Of a DNA stretch of 64,000 nt, positions 25,523 to 36,031 are shown piece after piece. Under the pieces are notes generated by a model. It saw nothing but the letters and a program-made list of their open reading frames with translations. It did no database searches and had not been told where the DNA came from. Both the position numbers and the translations under genes were made by a program. Every line of letters starts with the position of its first letter. Position 1 is the first letter of the stretch. The DNA lies in sequence record LR756501.1. One strand, written 5' to 3'.

Positions 25523-26190
25523 AAATCTTAATTACAAGCGGAGGAACCCGCGAATATATTGACGGTGTTAGAGTATTAACCAACATTTCTTCTGGTGCAC
25601 TTGGTGCTAAAATTGCTACCACTTTCCAGGAAAAATGGCCCTTCAACGGGAATTTAAATGATTACGATCTGGAACTACACTTCGTTTACGTTAAAGGTTC
25701 TAAAACACCTAAATATGATAATGTTAAGTTATATGAAGTAACTGACGTTGAATCAGTTTACGAAGTAATGGAAAAACTTGTTCCCGATATGGATGTTGTT
25801 ATTCACCCAATGGCTGTTTCTGATTTTGGTTTCCGCCCAATTCATACCAAACTCAAGAGCAATGACCCCGATGCTTTTATTGAAAGTTTAAGGGATAGAA
25901 TTTACCAGACCCCAAAGATTCTTGCTCATATAAAAGAATGGAACCCAAAATGTTATCTTGTATCTTTTAAGTTTGAGGACGGGGTTGAGTACGACGAATT
26001 GATTAAAATCGCTGCAAACTCTTTTATCAATAATCATTGTGATTTGGTTATTGCTAACGAAAAATCAGAAATGGTTAAAGCTAAAGAGCATATTGCTTAT
26101 GCTTTTGACGGAAGTAAAAACGTTAAGAAACTTACGGGTAAGGGTGAAATTGCTATGGAAATTTTAAATAGAGTGTTATCATTTAGTTAA
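25519..26190 (+). CDS. coaB: CoaB (phosphopantothenate-cysteine ligase)
   Basis: LITSGGTREYIDGVRVLTNISSGALG; MAVSDF; KLKS; TPKIL; VSFKFE; DLVIAN. Confidence 0.9.
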   Translation: MKILITSGGTREYIDGVRVLTNISSGALGAKIATTFQEKWPFNGNLNDYDLELHFVYVKGSKTPKYDNVKLYEVTDVESVYEVMEKLVPDMDVVIHPMAVSDFGFRPIHTKLKSNDPDAFIESLRDRIYQTPKILAHIKEWNPKCYLVSFKFEDGVEYDELIKIAANSFINNHCDLVIANEKSEMVKAKEHIAYAFDGSKNVKKLTGKGEIAMEILNRVLSFS

Positions 26191-26965
26191 CATTTTATCT
26201 AATTCCACTCTCAAAATATTTTTAGTTTCTTCTGGGGAATAGAAATATTCGTGAAAATCATTTGTTTCAGATAATCCAATCACGTAACCATCTTGGTGAT
26301 ATATTCCGTGCCAAGGATCTCCTTTTTTAAATTCATATAAATTACCAACATAAAATTTTGCGAGGTGAGTTGGATCTAAAGCGTTCAAATCTTTTTTACA
26401 TAGTATTTTTTCCATTTATCATATCTTTTATTAACTGTGTCCTTCTTATGTTTTTCCATTCATTGACGTCTATTCCGTAGACTTCATCTATATCATTTTT
26501 CTCCATCCAATCTGTTATATTGAATTTGTGTATATCGTTTTTTAAATAATTTGCAACCGCGTGATCTTGATTTTCAAGATTATCGTAGAAATCTTCTAAA
26601 AACAATTCAACTGGATCACGAACTGGTACAATCTCTTCGTCGAATTCGTGTTTATCGTATTCTAAATGTTTATCATTAAATTCTTTAAGGAATTCTTCTG
26701 TTGATATAAAATTATCATAAAACAAAGGTTCATCATCCATATAATTTATGTTTTTTTATTCTAACATTTTATCTATTAGTTTTGATCTTTTGAAACTTTT
26801 AAGTTCGCTATCTTTATTAAATCTAACACAGATAAGTGGTTCACCGTCAGCGTCGAAATAAGAATTTACATCCATTTTAAATCCTTGAAGATTGTATTTT
26901 TCAAATTCTTCCGAACTCAACAAAAATACCCACTCCCCACCATGTCCTGTTTTGAGTTCTATCAT
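26179..26965 (-). CDS. Three small proteins with the C-terminal tag (26179, 26396, 26756)
   Basis: LRVELDKML; RRTQLIKDMI; KRSKLIDKML. Confidence 0.7.
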
Positions 26966-28428
26966 AAATCTGGTTGTAGTTTCCTAATTCTATTATTCAT
27001 ATCCCTACAAACATCGAGACATTGTGATTTACAGATTTTATCATCAAGACAATTATGATTCTTAAACCAATCAAATCTTTCTTGTCTCATATTAGGTCCA
27101 ATTTTACCAATAGGTTTTCCCCCCTCGCGCATATAGATTACACAAGGAAAGTGCATTTGACCTGCCACTATACTATCGTCAATTACGATACCACAATTCT
27201 TACTATCTGTTTCAGATAATCCTCTAACATTAACACCGTTATTAAAATGTTCAACTCTATATTTTAAAATAGGATGCTGGTTAAGTATCTCGTCTTCTAT
27301 TAAATCAAGACCTGCAATTTTCTCGTTCCATTGAGCTGCTGAAATTATACGAATATCAGATACACCGAGTTCGTGTGCAAATCTGACAGTAAGAATACAA
27401 GATTCAACGTTTTCTGGTGTTAAAACTACACCAACAGTAACGTAACTCAATTTACTTATTTCTCTTATATTATAAACCACTTTGTACCAAGAATCTTCAA
27501 CCCCAGACATTTTATCACCGTCCGAAATACAACAAGCATCTAAACTAATTGAGAAGTCGTTAACACCAGCCTCTATAAGTTTCTTATAGAGATCTAAATC
27601 TGCTGTTCCATTTGTAGATATAGCTATTCTCATAACACCGCTCTCAGCAGCGTATTTAACCATCTCAATCAAATCTTTATGAAGAGTTGGTTCACCACCA
27701 GAAAATCTTATATTAGAAAGTGGACTCCATAAATCTATTATCTCTTTAACTTCTTCAAGAGTAAGTTGTTTAAATTTCCTGTCTTTATAAATCTCGTCAT
27801 TAAGTCCTCTACAATAAGGACATTTAAAATTACAATATTCAGTAATTATAATTTCACCTCTTTGCATCTCAGAATCAATGTTGGTTTTCATAGCTCTATA
27901 ATCAGAAAGAGTATAAAAACCTATATTACGCAAATCTTCTGATTTCATAGGTAAAACTTTATGTTTCAATCTATTTAGTTTATTAGCCCAATCGATAGTA
28001 TGATCTTTATGTCCACCATCCATACCACTAGTACCACCAGATTTACTACTTAATCCAACGTGAAGATATTCGAAATTCAATCCTTCTTTTCTAGCTTTTC
28101 TTCTAATTTTTTTAATGACCTTTTTACACTCTTTTTGTTCCCAATCATTATCAAACGCAATTATTAATTCGTCACCCGAGAAGAATCTACCAATATAACA
28201 ACCGTCTATCTTCTTTTTGAAAATTTTTCTAAATTTCTTGTTAACTTCTTCGTAACCAATTTCAACATTTAATTTTCCAATTCTTTCGAAGTCAACAATA
28301 TATATCATTCTTAAATCGTTTTTAACGATAAGATAGTCCATATATTTTCTAGTATAAACACCAAATATTGGGTCTATGGATAAAAATTCAATTATTTTCT
28401 TTTTCGATCTTGATTCTAATTTTTTCAT
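26962..28428 (-). CDS. Degenerate GGDEF domain fused to a radical SAM enzyme
   Basis: D....KLN...GY...N...GRFFSGDEL; then CNFKCPYC, FSGGEP, STNG, C-terminal Cys cluster. Confidence 0.8.
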   Translation of the reverse strand: MKKLESRSKKKIIEFLSIDPIFGVYTRKYMDYLIVKNDLRMIYIVDFERIGKLNVEIGYEEVNKKFRKIFKKKIDGCYIGRFFSGDELIIAFDNDWEQKECKKVIKKIRRKARKEGLNFEYLHVGLSSKSGGTSGMDGGHKDHTIDWANKLNRLKHKVLPMKSEDLRNIGFYTLSDYRAMKTNIDSEMQRGEIIITEYCNFKCPYCRGLNDEIYKDRKFKQLTLEEVKEIIDLWSPLSNIRFSGGEPTLHKDLIEMVKYAAESGVMRIAISTNGTADLDLYKKLIEAGVNDFSISLDACCISDGDKMSGVEDSWYKVVYNIREISKLSYVTVGVVLTPENVESCILTVRFAHELGVSDIRIISAAQWNEKIAGLDLIEDEILNQHPILKYRVEHFNNGVNVRGLSETDSKNCGIVIDDSIVAGQMHFPCVIYMREGGKPIGKIGPNMRQERFDWFKNHNCLDDKICKSQCLDVCRDMNNRIRKLQPDL

Positions 28429-30637
28429 ACGTCTTCTAATTTTTTTGGTTTTGGTGGGAACTCATCACTATTTAACATTCTATCCATTATCATTGTACGA
28501 TAATAAGCTTTCCACTCTTCGTCCTGAACTTTATCTCCAAATCTATAATAGACTGGTCCTGTTGCTTCAGCCACCATTGCTGGTCCGTAATCGTTATGTG
28601 CTTCACCTCTTTTAAAATAATAGGTGTTAGTGTAAGTATCATATACTCTTTTAATTTTAGCGTACTCAAATCTTTCTATGATACGAACTTCGTAGTCCTG
28701 TTCGGTTTCATCAAACTCAAACACTTCGTATTCGATTTTGTTCTCAACTTCTTTGTACTGTTTCATTTAAAGATCTATCTATTATTTTTAGTCTCTTCAA
28801 GTTCTTTTCAGTTCCTGATTCGATTTCATAAAACCATATTGTTTTTGATCTACTTGAATTACAATCATTTATTCCCACACCTTCTTTAAAATCTTCTTTT
28901 TTAAATGATCCATCCACGATAGATGCCCAACCAAAAAAGAAATGATAATAACCTAAAGTGGCTTCTAATTCAGAGAAAACATTATGCCAAGTTTGTTGAC
29001 TTGTATTATCGTACCAGTCTGGTGTAGTTATATCTATATGTCTATTTACTATTTCCATAATTATCCTATCAAGAGTGTCTTTATCCTGTGTTGGGTATTT
29101 ATATATTGTTCCTTTCTCTTTCTTATGAAAAAAATAAGTAGGACCTCCTTCCCCAGCTTTAGTTGAATAACTATTTGGTTTCATTTAAAGATCTATCTAT
29201 TATTTTTATCCTTTTGTAATTCTTTGCCTCGTACTCATCTAATGTCCTATTCCAATCTCCCATCCATCCACATGATTTACATTTCGGAAGAATGGCTTTA
29301 TTATCAGATGTAACTTCATAACCCAATACATCGTAACAAACTGGACAATAATCATAGTGAATTAGTCTAGCTTGTTGTTCAGCTCTATCTAATTGATTTT
29401 TAAGAGTTTCTATAAACTGGTATTCTTTTTCGATACTATTCATTTAACATTTGGTCCATTAATTTTGTTCTTTTTAAATTTTTCCATTCTTCTTGAATAT
29501 AAAATTTATCATGAAAATCTTCTAATTTCAATAATGAATTAAGTGAAGTGTTTGTAGCTTCAACATGCACCAATCCCTTTAATAATACGAAACGGTACCA
29601 TTTATTTTTTTCATAATAATTGGAGTTCTTATTAAAACTTTCTTTACATATAGCTTTTTCTATCTTATTTTTCATTTAACATTTTATCTATTAATTTTGT
29701 TCTCTTATTATCAATAATTTCACCAATAGTAAAAAGGTTCCAACTGAACCAGTTGCACTTTTCACAATTACACATTTCAACGAACTCATCTTTTCTCATA
29801 CCAACTTCATATCTAGTGTGAACTATTTCGCCGCATTTAGGACATAAATCATCTAGTTTGTTCATTTAACATTTGATCCATTAATTTTGTTCTGTTCCAA
29901 TTTTGAAATTCGTTCTCATTAAACTCTACTATATAAGTATTATCGCCGAACATTTCAACACCATTTAATTTATATTTTTCATTATCTTCTTTACTAACAC
30001 AACAAATGTAAGCTGATAAATCGTTCCATTTCCATTTATTGAAAACCCACAATCTACCATCGAGTTTACCGTTTTCTGGAAATCTCGAATCTACTTTTTC
30101 TTTACTGTTCATTTAACATTTTATCTATTAGTTTTGTTCTTTCGTTACATTTTATTTCGTTCTTATCAAAATAAAAATAATTTGTAAAACCATTATAATT
30201 AAGAGCGCCTGTTCCACTACTGCTTCCATAAATTGTTATACTATCACTCCCATTAGCTTTATTTATAACGTAAACACCGTCATAATGTTCCCCCTCTTTA
30301 AAATTAGAACCTGGTCCTACATATTTACCTGATACAGTATATCTATCGGGTGTCTTATAATCTTTTATACAAAGAATTTTAATAAGCTCGTAATATACAG
30401 TCGGATATGCTTCGGGATTTACATCAATTGCTCTCTTCATTAATTCAACATTTTATCTATCATTTTTGTTCTTCTACAATTCTTGTATTCACCTATGGTA
30501 TATTTACTGAATTTCCTTTTATTATTATTTTCCATCCATTTTGGTAAATCAATGCTTTTATCAGTCCCAGGTAATTCATAATAATGATCATATATTTCTT
30601 CTACCGTGGCTTCATAATATTTAAATGTCTTCTGCAT
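28425..30637 (-). CDS. Eight small proteins with the C-terminal tag (28425, 28744, 29171, 29436, 29665, 29849, 30102, 30440)
   Basis: Each ends in R(T/L/I)K(L/I/M)(I/M)D(K/Q/R)(M/S)LN; next start codon overlaps or closely follows the tag. Confidence 0.8.
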
Positions 30638-31286
30638 ACCACATCACTTCTTTTCTATTATGCTTCTGCCCTTTCAAATCTACTAAATTTTCAAACGGTA
30701 ACCAATCAGCCCCAGCGTTTTCACACACTATGACTTGTCCACTTCTATCTATACACCAAGCACCAAGTGACGTGTAATCAATCTTATTGTTTACGTAGTA
30801 TTTTCCACCATTACCAGAATAAGGCGGATCTACGAACCAAGTGGCTTTCATATTTAAAGCGTTCTCATAACTCTCGTTCTTTATGGTCCAATGTTTTACC
30901 TTATATAACTCTTCTGATAAAAGTTTGCGATGTTTTTCATCCCAATCACAGAAATTACCAGGCGATTTCTTTGGTACAGAAGAACCAGGATTCAAATATA
31001 ATCCAATAGTCCACTTCTCAGCGTCACTCAGATAATTAAACTCTTCATTATTAAGGCATTGTCCTTTTTCTAAAAGGGGAAGTGCGAGTATATCTTTTGG
31101 TGAAGCGTCTTGTAAATATGCCCATACGGAGTATATTTTATTATTTATTTCGTATAGAATAACGTTTCTATCGTAATATTCCATGGCGTAGGCGGCTGAG
31201 CCTGCGAATGGTTCGATGATTGTATCGTATTGAGGTTCTGGATAGTATTTAACTATTCTCTTTTTTCTTCCGTAGTAGTAAAACAT
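30621..31286 (-). CDS. Dam-like DNA adenine methyltransferase
   Basis: YYGRKKRI; IEPFAGSA; FVDPPY. Confidence 0.88.
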   Translation of the reverse strand: MFYYYGRKKRIVKYYPEPQYDTIIEPFAGSAAYAMEYYDRNVILYEINNKIYSVWAYLQDASPKDILALPLLEKGQCLNNEEFNYLSDAEKWTIGLYLNPGSSVPKKSPGNFCDWDEKHRKLLSEELYKVKHWTIKNESYENALNMKATWFVDPPYSGNGGKYYVNNKIDYTSLGAWCIDRSGQVIVCENAGADWLPFENLVDLKGQKHNRKEVMWYAEDI

Positions 31287-31419
31287 AATCTTTTTTATTT
31301 CGATATATCAAAAAATTCTGATATAGTTTTCATTAATCTAAAAGTGTTAAAAATTTTTACACTCGTTTTTCCAGAATTTGAATTTAATATATAAGACAAA
31401 CAAAAACTACATTTTACTT

Positions 31420-32193
31420 ATGGATGAATTAATTAAAGAGTTTGTTCAATGGATGTTAAAGAATTATCCTATTTTACTTATAATCATTGGTGTTGTAATA
31501 GTATCACTTTATATTTTAAAGGAAATAAAAGAGATATTTTTCAACAGGGATCACGACGGTCAAAGCTTTGGTAATTATTTATATCATACCATATTTTTTT
31601 GGTTGCCTAAGAGTAAAAAGGTAATAGAGCCAAAACACGTACAGTACACATCAGAAGAAAGAGAAAAAATAGTAGATAAATTACTTGTTCATAATTTTTT
31701 TATATCAATCACTAATATTAAAACACAAATACCAGCAATGCAATTTGGTAGTGAAAAGAAAAACGCTGTATTAAGAGACGTTATAAAGATATATGTTGAA
31801 ACTATTGAAAAATATGCTATAGCAATATTGAAGAATTATAAATTGGACGAACTACTTTGTGCTAAATTAAATGAAATTCTTTTACAAGAAATAGATAAAG
31901 CCCATATTGAAATTTACGCTAAAATGAAAGATAGATTAGGTGAAGCTTTGTACATAAAATTAATTGAAGACCCTGTTAGAGGATTCAAGGCACGTAACTC
32001 TATATTCAGAGAGATTTTTATAAACGGTATCACATTAATATCTTCACAATCTATGTCTGTATATAACTACGATAACTACGAAAGAGCAAGTGAAATTTTA
32101 ACATCAATGTATGTTTCATTGAATGTAATAGTAAAGAACTTTGAGAAAGTGTTTAAAGATTATAACGGCGAATTAGATAAATATTTAATATAA
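31420..32193 (+). CDS. Membrane-anchored hypothetical protein
   Basis: N-terminal TM segment; TTTAATATATA upstream; hairpin terminator at ~32221-32260. Confidence 0.6.
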   Translation: MDELIKEFVQWMLKNYPILLIIIGVVIVSLYILKEIKEIFFNRDHDGQSFGNYLYHTIFFWLPKSKKVIEPKHVQYTSEEREKIVDKLLVHNFFISITNIKTQIPAMQFGSEKKNAVLRDVIKIYVETIEKYAIAILKNYKLDELLCAKLNEILLQEIDKAHIEIYAKMKDRLGEALYIKLIEDPVRGFKARNSIFREIFINGITLISSQSMSVYNYDNYERASEILTSMYVSLNVIVKNFEKVFKDYNGELDKYLI

Positions 32194-32264
32194 TATTATG
32201 AAAATAAAAAACAAAATTATAAAAATAGGATAGTTAATTAAACTTAATTATCCTATTTTTTTGT

Positions 32265-32444
32265 ATGAACATGAAACTATATCAAAAATTAAAGGATCGC
32301 GATTTAGTGGAAGATTTCAAGGAATTTCACGAACTAATTTGGTTAAGAGCCATCAAAGTTAACGGGAAACACGTCGATAACCCTAATCACGAACTAAATG
32401 AAACAGATAAAGATATACAAGTTGGTATCTTATCTTTAGACTAA
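32265..32444 (+). CDS. S4-like RNA-binding small protein (59 aa)
   Basis: Missing from ORF track; FHELIWLRAIKVNGKHVDNPNHEL...IQVG fits the S4 pattern. Confidence 0.6.
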   Translation: MNMKLYQKLKDRDLVEDFKEFHELIWLRAIKVNGKHVDNPNHELNETDKDIQVGILSLD

Positions 32445-32504
32445 ATTCCCAATCAACTTAAATTCTACCTTACTATGAAGTAGCGGTATTACTAATCTTT
32501 TTTC

Positions 32505-32972
32505 TTAACCTATTTCACTAGCGTCTTTCTTCACAGTTTTAACTGGCTTTGGTACCTCTGTTGCAGCAGTCATATTAACTGGAATATTATATTCGTCTGT
32601 GTGACCTGAACCGTGTGGATCATATCCGCCACCACCGTATTCACTATAACCACCGCCGTATTCACCACCGTAACCACCGCCTTGTTGATTACCTATGATT
32701 GTTCCTAATCCTCCTGCACCACCGTGTTGTTGTTGATAATAAGAATCTGGAATTTTAGTTGGTGAAAAACTTTCTCCTAATACATATACGTATAATGGAG
32801 CGTTAGACATAGCTAGAAACACTCCCAACGCTGTTAAATCAGCACCAAGTAGCATTCCTATTATTCCCAATATAAAATTCACACATATTACAGCTATCGA
32901 AAATTTTAATCTTGTTCTAGGTGTTATAGTCTTAAATAACGGCTCGCCTTTTTTATTAACTATTTTTACCAT
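32505..32972 (-). CDS. Two-TM membrane protein with Gly/Tyr-rich tail
   Basis: Hydrophobic pair; GGYGGEYGGGYSEYGGGGY. Confidence 0.65.
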   Translation of the reverse strand: MVKIVNKKGEPLFKTITPRTRLKFSIAVICVNFILGIIGMLLGADLTALGVFLAMSNAPLYVYVLGESFSPTKIPDSYYQQQHGGAGGLGTIIGNQQGGGYGGEYGGGYSEYGGGGYDPHGSGHTDEYNIPVNMTAATEVPKPVKTVKKDASEIG

Positions 32973-32987
32973 ATTTTATCTTTATTT

Positions 32988-33854
32988 TTAAATTTTATCG
33001 TAATTTGGATTATCCTGTTTAAAATTCCCACCATTAGTAAAATCCTCAATATCAGTTGTAGTTCTTGGATCTGATTGCTGGTACGTAGGATCATTAACGT
33101 TTTCGGGTACAATCTTTTCTCTGAATTTTTCCATATCGTGAATATAATATTGCCAGTAAACTCTCTTGATATTTTCAAATTCTTCATTATAACATTCTAC
33201 ATTATCAGTATCTACAGTCCATACTGGATAATAACCCCTTACAGTTAAAGGGAATTTTATAGTGTACTTCTTATCGTTAGTAAAATCACCTTCTTGTGGA
33301 ATTTCAACTGTTTTATCGTCAGGTAATTGTAAAACTAAATCTATTTTGATACCAAAGTAATCCATATTAAAGAAGAAATAATTAAAAAGTAACATTATGA
33401 TTTTTTCAGAACATACCCAAACATCTCTCACATCATCCATAGTTATTTCAACGTCGTAATTCATTTGCATTGGAATGGCCTTGACCTTAGTTATAATTCT
33501 TTTCCACTCATTTTTAATTTTACAATCTTTTGGTATATAAATATTTGGATTAGCAAACTCGTCACTAACACTAACGAAAGAAGTTAAAGTGATACAACCT
33601 CTAGGTATTTGGTCTGTATTTAATTCTACTCTGCTATCTACAATATCATCGAGGTAAGAATCAAGTAAGAAACGTTCTTTACCGTACATTCTATAATTAA
33701 ACGGTAGGGTAATACATCTTTTCTCGTCAGAAAAGTAATTTATCCAACGAATTGATCTGTTTAGAGTTTTACCTAAAGCAACCGTAACCATTCTTAAATA
33801 AACATTATCGAAATTATATTGATGTCCGATACTTCTAATTGTTTCACCTGGCAT
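32988..33854 (-). CDS. T4 gp15-like tail sheath stabilizer / tail completion protein
   Basis: VALGKTLN; LPFNY...KERFL; IPRG.I.LTS; KAIP...NY.V.I; YTIKFPLTVRGY. Confidence 0.7.
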   Translation of the reverse strand: MPGETIRSIGHQYNFDNVYLRMVTVALGKTLNRSIRWINYFSDEKRCITLPFNYRMYGKERFLLDSYLDDIVDSRVELNTDQIPRGCITLTSFVSVSDEFANPNIYIPKDCKIKNEWKRIITKVKAIPMQMNYDVEITMDDVRDVWVCSEKIIMLLFNYFFFNMDYFGIKIDLVLQLPDDKTVEIPQEGDFTNDKKYTIKFPLTVRGYYPVWTVDTDNVECYNEEFENIKRVYWQYYIHDMEKFREKIVPENVNDPTYQQSDPRTTTDIEDFTNGGNFKQDNPNYDKI

Positions 33855-33954
33855 AAATTAGCTTTTTATTTATATATTAATTTTGTTCTCTCCTAAATTC
33901 TTCTTATTTTTGTGTATTAAACTTTTCACGCTTTTACTCATATAATATCGTATC

Positions 33955-34815
33955 ATGAAGCATTTCAGAATATTGCATTATTTATTAAAGGATAAGAAGA
34001 ATTATCATAAAGACGAAGAACTGGCAAGGTCTTGGGACACATACCTGTACTATCTTGGTGAGGTTAGAAAAATGAGTTCTTTTCTCATTAAACAAAAATT
34101 CATATATTTTATTAAGTTTAAAAAACTATACATAACAAAAGTTTTTCTTTTCTTTGCTATACTTTTTGGTAGTGCTTTTTACGGTGGTAAATATATACTT
34201 GAGCATAATAGTTTTTTCGAAGTAAAAAGAATAGTCACAAGTGCACCAGTTGATACTCTATATTGTCCAGACTCAATTCCCATTGATAGTTACGTAGAAA
34301 GAACAGCAAGAATAGCTGGAATTACAAAAGATAAAATATTTAAGAAAGTTTATTTCGTTACATTCTATTCAGAAGATACCCTTAAAACACCAGAAAAATG
34401 GCTGAAAGCACTAGCCGAACTCGAGTCAAGACAAAATTTTAAAGCAGAAAACGGTCAGTACTGGGGAGCTTGGCAAATGGGACAAGGCGCTAGATCATCA
34501 GTTGGATTCGGCGGAGTTTCAAAAAGAGAATTTCTTGGTTCTCAAGACGTTCAAAAGGCGGCAGTTATAATTTATCTTAAAAACAATTACAGAGTTCTCA
34601 GACCATATCTCGAAAGATATAATAACAAAATTATTCGCGGTTACCACTTAACTCTTAGTGGAATGTTGGCTATGTCGCACAATTGTGGAACACAAGGACT
34701 TATAACATTTTTAAATAGTGGATGTACAGTAGTCCCACATGACGGGAATATATCTTCTGCTAATTATTTAACACTAGGTAATTACAATATAAAAGAATTA
34801 TTAACAGATAAGTGA
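33955..34815 (+). CDS. Membrane-anchored lysozyme-like / lytic transglycosylase protein
   Basis: TM segment, then LAELES..NF.A.N..YWGAWQMG...Q; MSHN.G. Confidence 0.65.
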   Translation: MKHFRILHYLLKDKKNYHKDEELARSWDTYLYYLGEVRKMSSFLIKQKFIYFIKFKKLYITKVFLFFAILFGSAFYGGKYILEHNSFFEVKRIVTSAPVDTLYCPDSIPIDSYVERTARIAGITKDKIFKKVYFVTFYSEDTLKTPEKWLKALAELESRQNFKAENGQYWGAWQMGQGARSSVGFGGVSKREFLGSQDVQKAAVIIYLKNNYRVLRPYLERYNNKIIRGYHLTLSGMLAMSHNCGTQGLITFLNSGCTVVPHDGNISSANYLTLGNYNIKELLTDK

Positions 34816-34824
34816 TAAAAGATA

Positions 34825-34849
34825 GGACCTGTTTAGGTCCTTTTTTTTG
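34825..34849 (+). terminator. Intrinsic terminator
   Basis: AGGACCT-GTTT-AGGTCCT followed by a T-run. Confidence 0.8.
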
Positions 34850-34917
34850 CATTTTTTTAAAACATGTAAAAAATTTTTACATATAAGAATGTATTAACAA
34901 AAAAAATAATAAAAACT

Positions 34918-35640
34918 ATGAGAAAATTTATTGCATTATTGACGGTAGTTTTTGTTGCTTTTACTTTGGTTTTCACAAGTTGTACTAAACCAAAAGGCGA
35001 TTTCAACCTCGACAACTCCGTAGAGTACTCTATGAGTGCAGATTGGTGTGGTTACAGTATGAGTGTTGGTGCTTACGGTTACAATTCGTACACAGTTGAC
35101 GCTGGCGGTGGAACTGTTGAAGTTTACGCTAACGGTTATGGTTACTGGGGAAGTATGTACTTCGACGTACCAGAAGGTGGATCTAATACCCTTTACATGT
35201 ATTGGGATAAGAAAAAATCTACACCAGCAGCAGGTTTAACAAAGGTTAAACCATATGATGTTAAACCAACAGGTAAGTAACAAAAAGAGACAAGATTACA
35301 AGGGTGGTCGGGAGACTGCCCTTTTTTCTTTTAAAAATTTAAAATTATGAAACATATAATTACATTATTACTAGTCGCTATACTTTTAGTATCTTGCAAT
35401 CATACTGAAAGGAAAAAATTTGTTCCTAATCCAAAATACGACGTTGGTGAGTTGATATATCTGAAACCAGATTCTACACTAGCTTACGTTAAATTCTATT
35501 CTGTGATAGTTAACGATAAAACTAATTCAGCTACATATTTCTATGGCATTGAATATAAAGATAACATTGGGAAATTTCACAGAAGGATAATTGGGGATAA
35601 AGAAATTTACGGATTACAAACAAAAAAAGAGGACTTATAG
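34918..35640 (+). CDS. Two lipoproteins (34918-35280; 35347-35640)
   Basis: Signal peptides ending FTS-C and LVS-C; hairpin terminators after each. Confidence 0.75.
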
Positions 35641-35657
35641 TCCTCTTTTTTTGTTTG

Positions 35658-35739
35658 TAGCCCTAGCCGGATTCGAACCGACGTTACAAGTACACTTGTG
35701 TCCTTACCCCCGAAGGGGTGTCCCCTAGACGATAGGGCC
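35658..35739 (-). ncRNA. Anticodon-less tRNA-Glu-like RNA with D-loop hairpin
   Basis: GGCCCTA/TAGGGCT; CAAG-TGTA-CTTG; CCCC-TTCG-GGGG insert; canonical T-arm. Confidence 0.75.
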
Positions 35740-35842
35740 GGTAGGTTTCCCAATAACTGGTTTCCCTAGATTTTAAAGAACAACAGGACTTTCACCTGCT
35801 ATATCTAACCATTTTACTGGTGATTTTATTTGTATTCTTTTG

Positions 35843-35911
35843 TAGCCCGTAAGAGATTCGAACTCTTGTTACTGGAGTAATCCAGGGTACTTTCCGCTAT
35901 ACGAACGGGCC
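35843..35911 (-). ncRNA. Anticodon-less tRNA-Glu-like RNA
   Basis: GGCCCGT/ACGGGCT; CTGGA-TTAC-TCCAG (4-nt loop). Confidence 0.8.
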
Positions 35912-35917
35912 GATTTT

Positions 35918-35959
35918 AAGGCATTTGGGAATCGAACCCAATTATTTTCCACTTACCTT
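35918..35959 (-). ncRNA. tRNA minihelix-like element
   Basis: AAGGTA/TGCCTT plus TTGGG-TTCGATT-CCCAA; no D or anticodon arm. Confidence 0.55.
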
Positions 35960-35961
35960 AG

Positions 35962-36030
35962 TAGCCCGTAAGAGATTCGAACTCCTGTCACTGGAATAAT
36001 CCAGTGTCCTTTCCGCTAGACTAACGGGCC
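35962..36030 (-). ncRNA. Anticodon-less tRNA-Glu-like RNA
   Basis: GGCCCGT/ACGGGCT; CTGGA-TTAT-TCCAG (4-nt loop). Confidence 0.8.
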
Positions 36031-36031
36031 G

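Noticed and set aside
22773-30637. CRISPR array or integron attC cassette array
   Set aside because: The repeats are in-frame coding, degenerate with synonymous changes, not palindromic and irregularly spaced; no cas or integrase gene nearby.
32966-33187. Alternate-frame ORF overlapping the gp15-like gene, and similar opposite-strand ORFs throughout
   Set aside because: Shadow ORFs within well-supported genes; low-complexity hydrophobic translations typical of AT-rich antisense frames.
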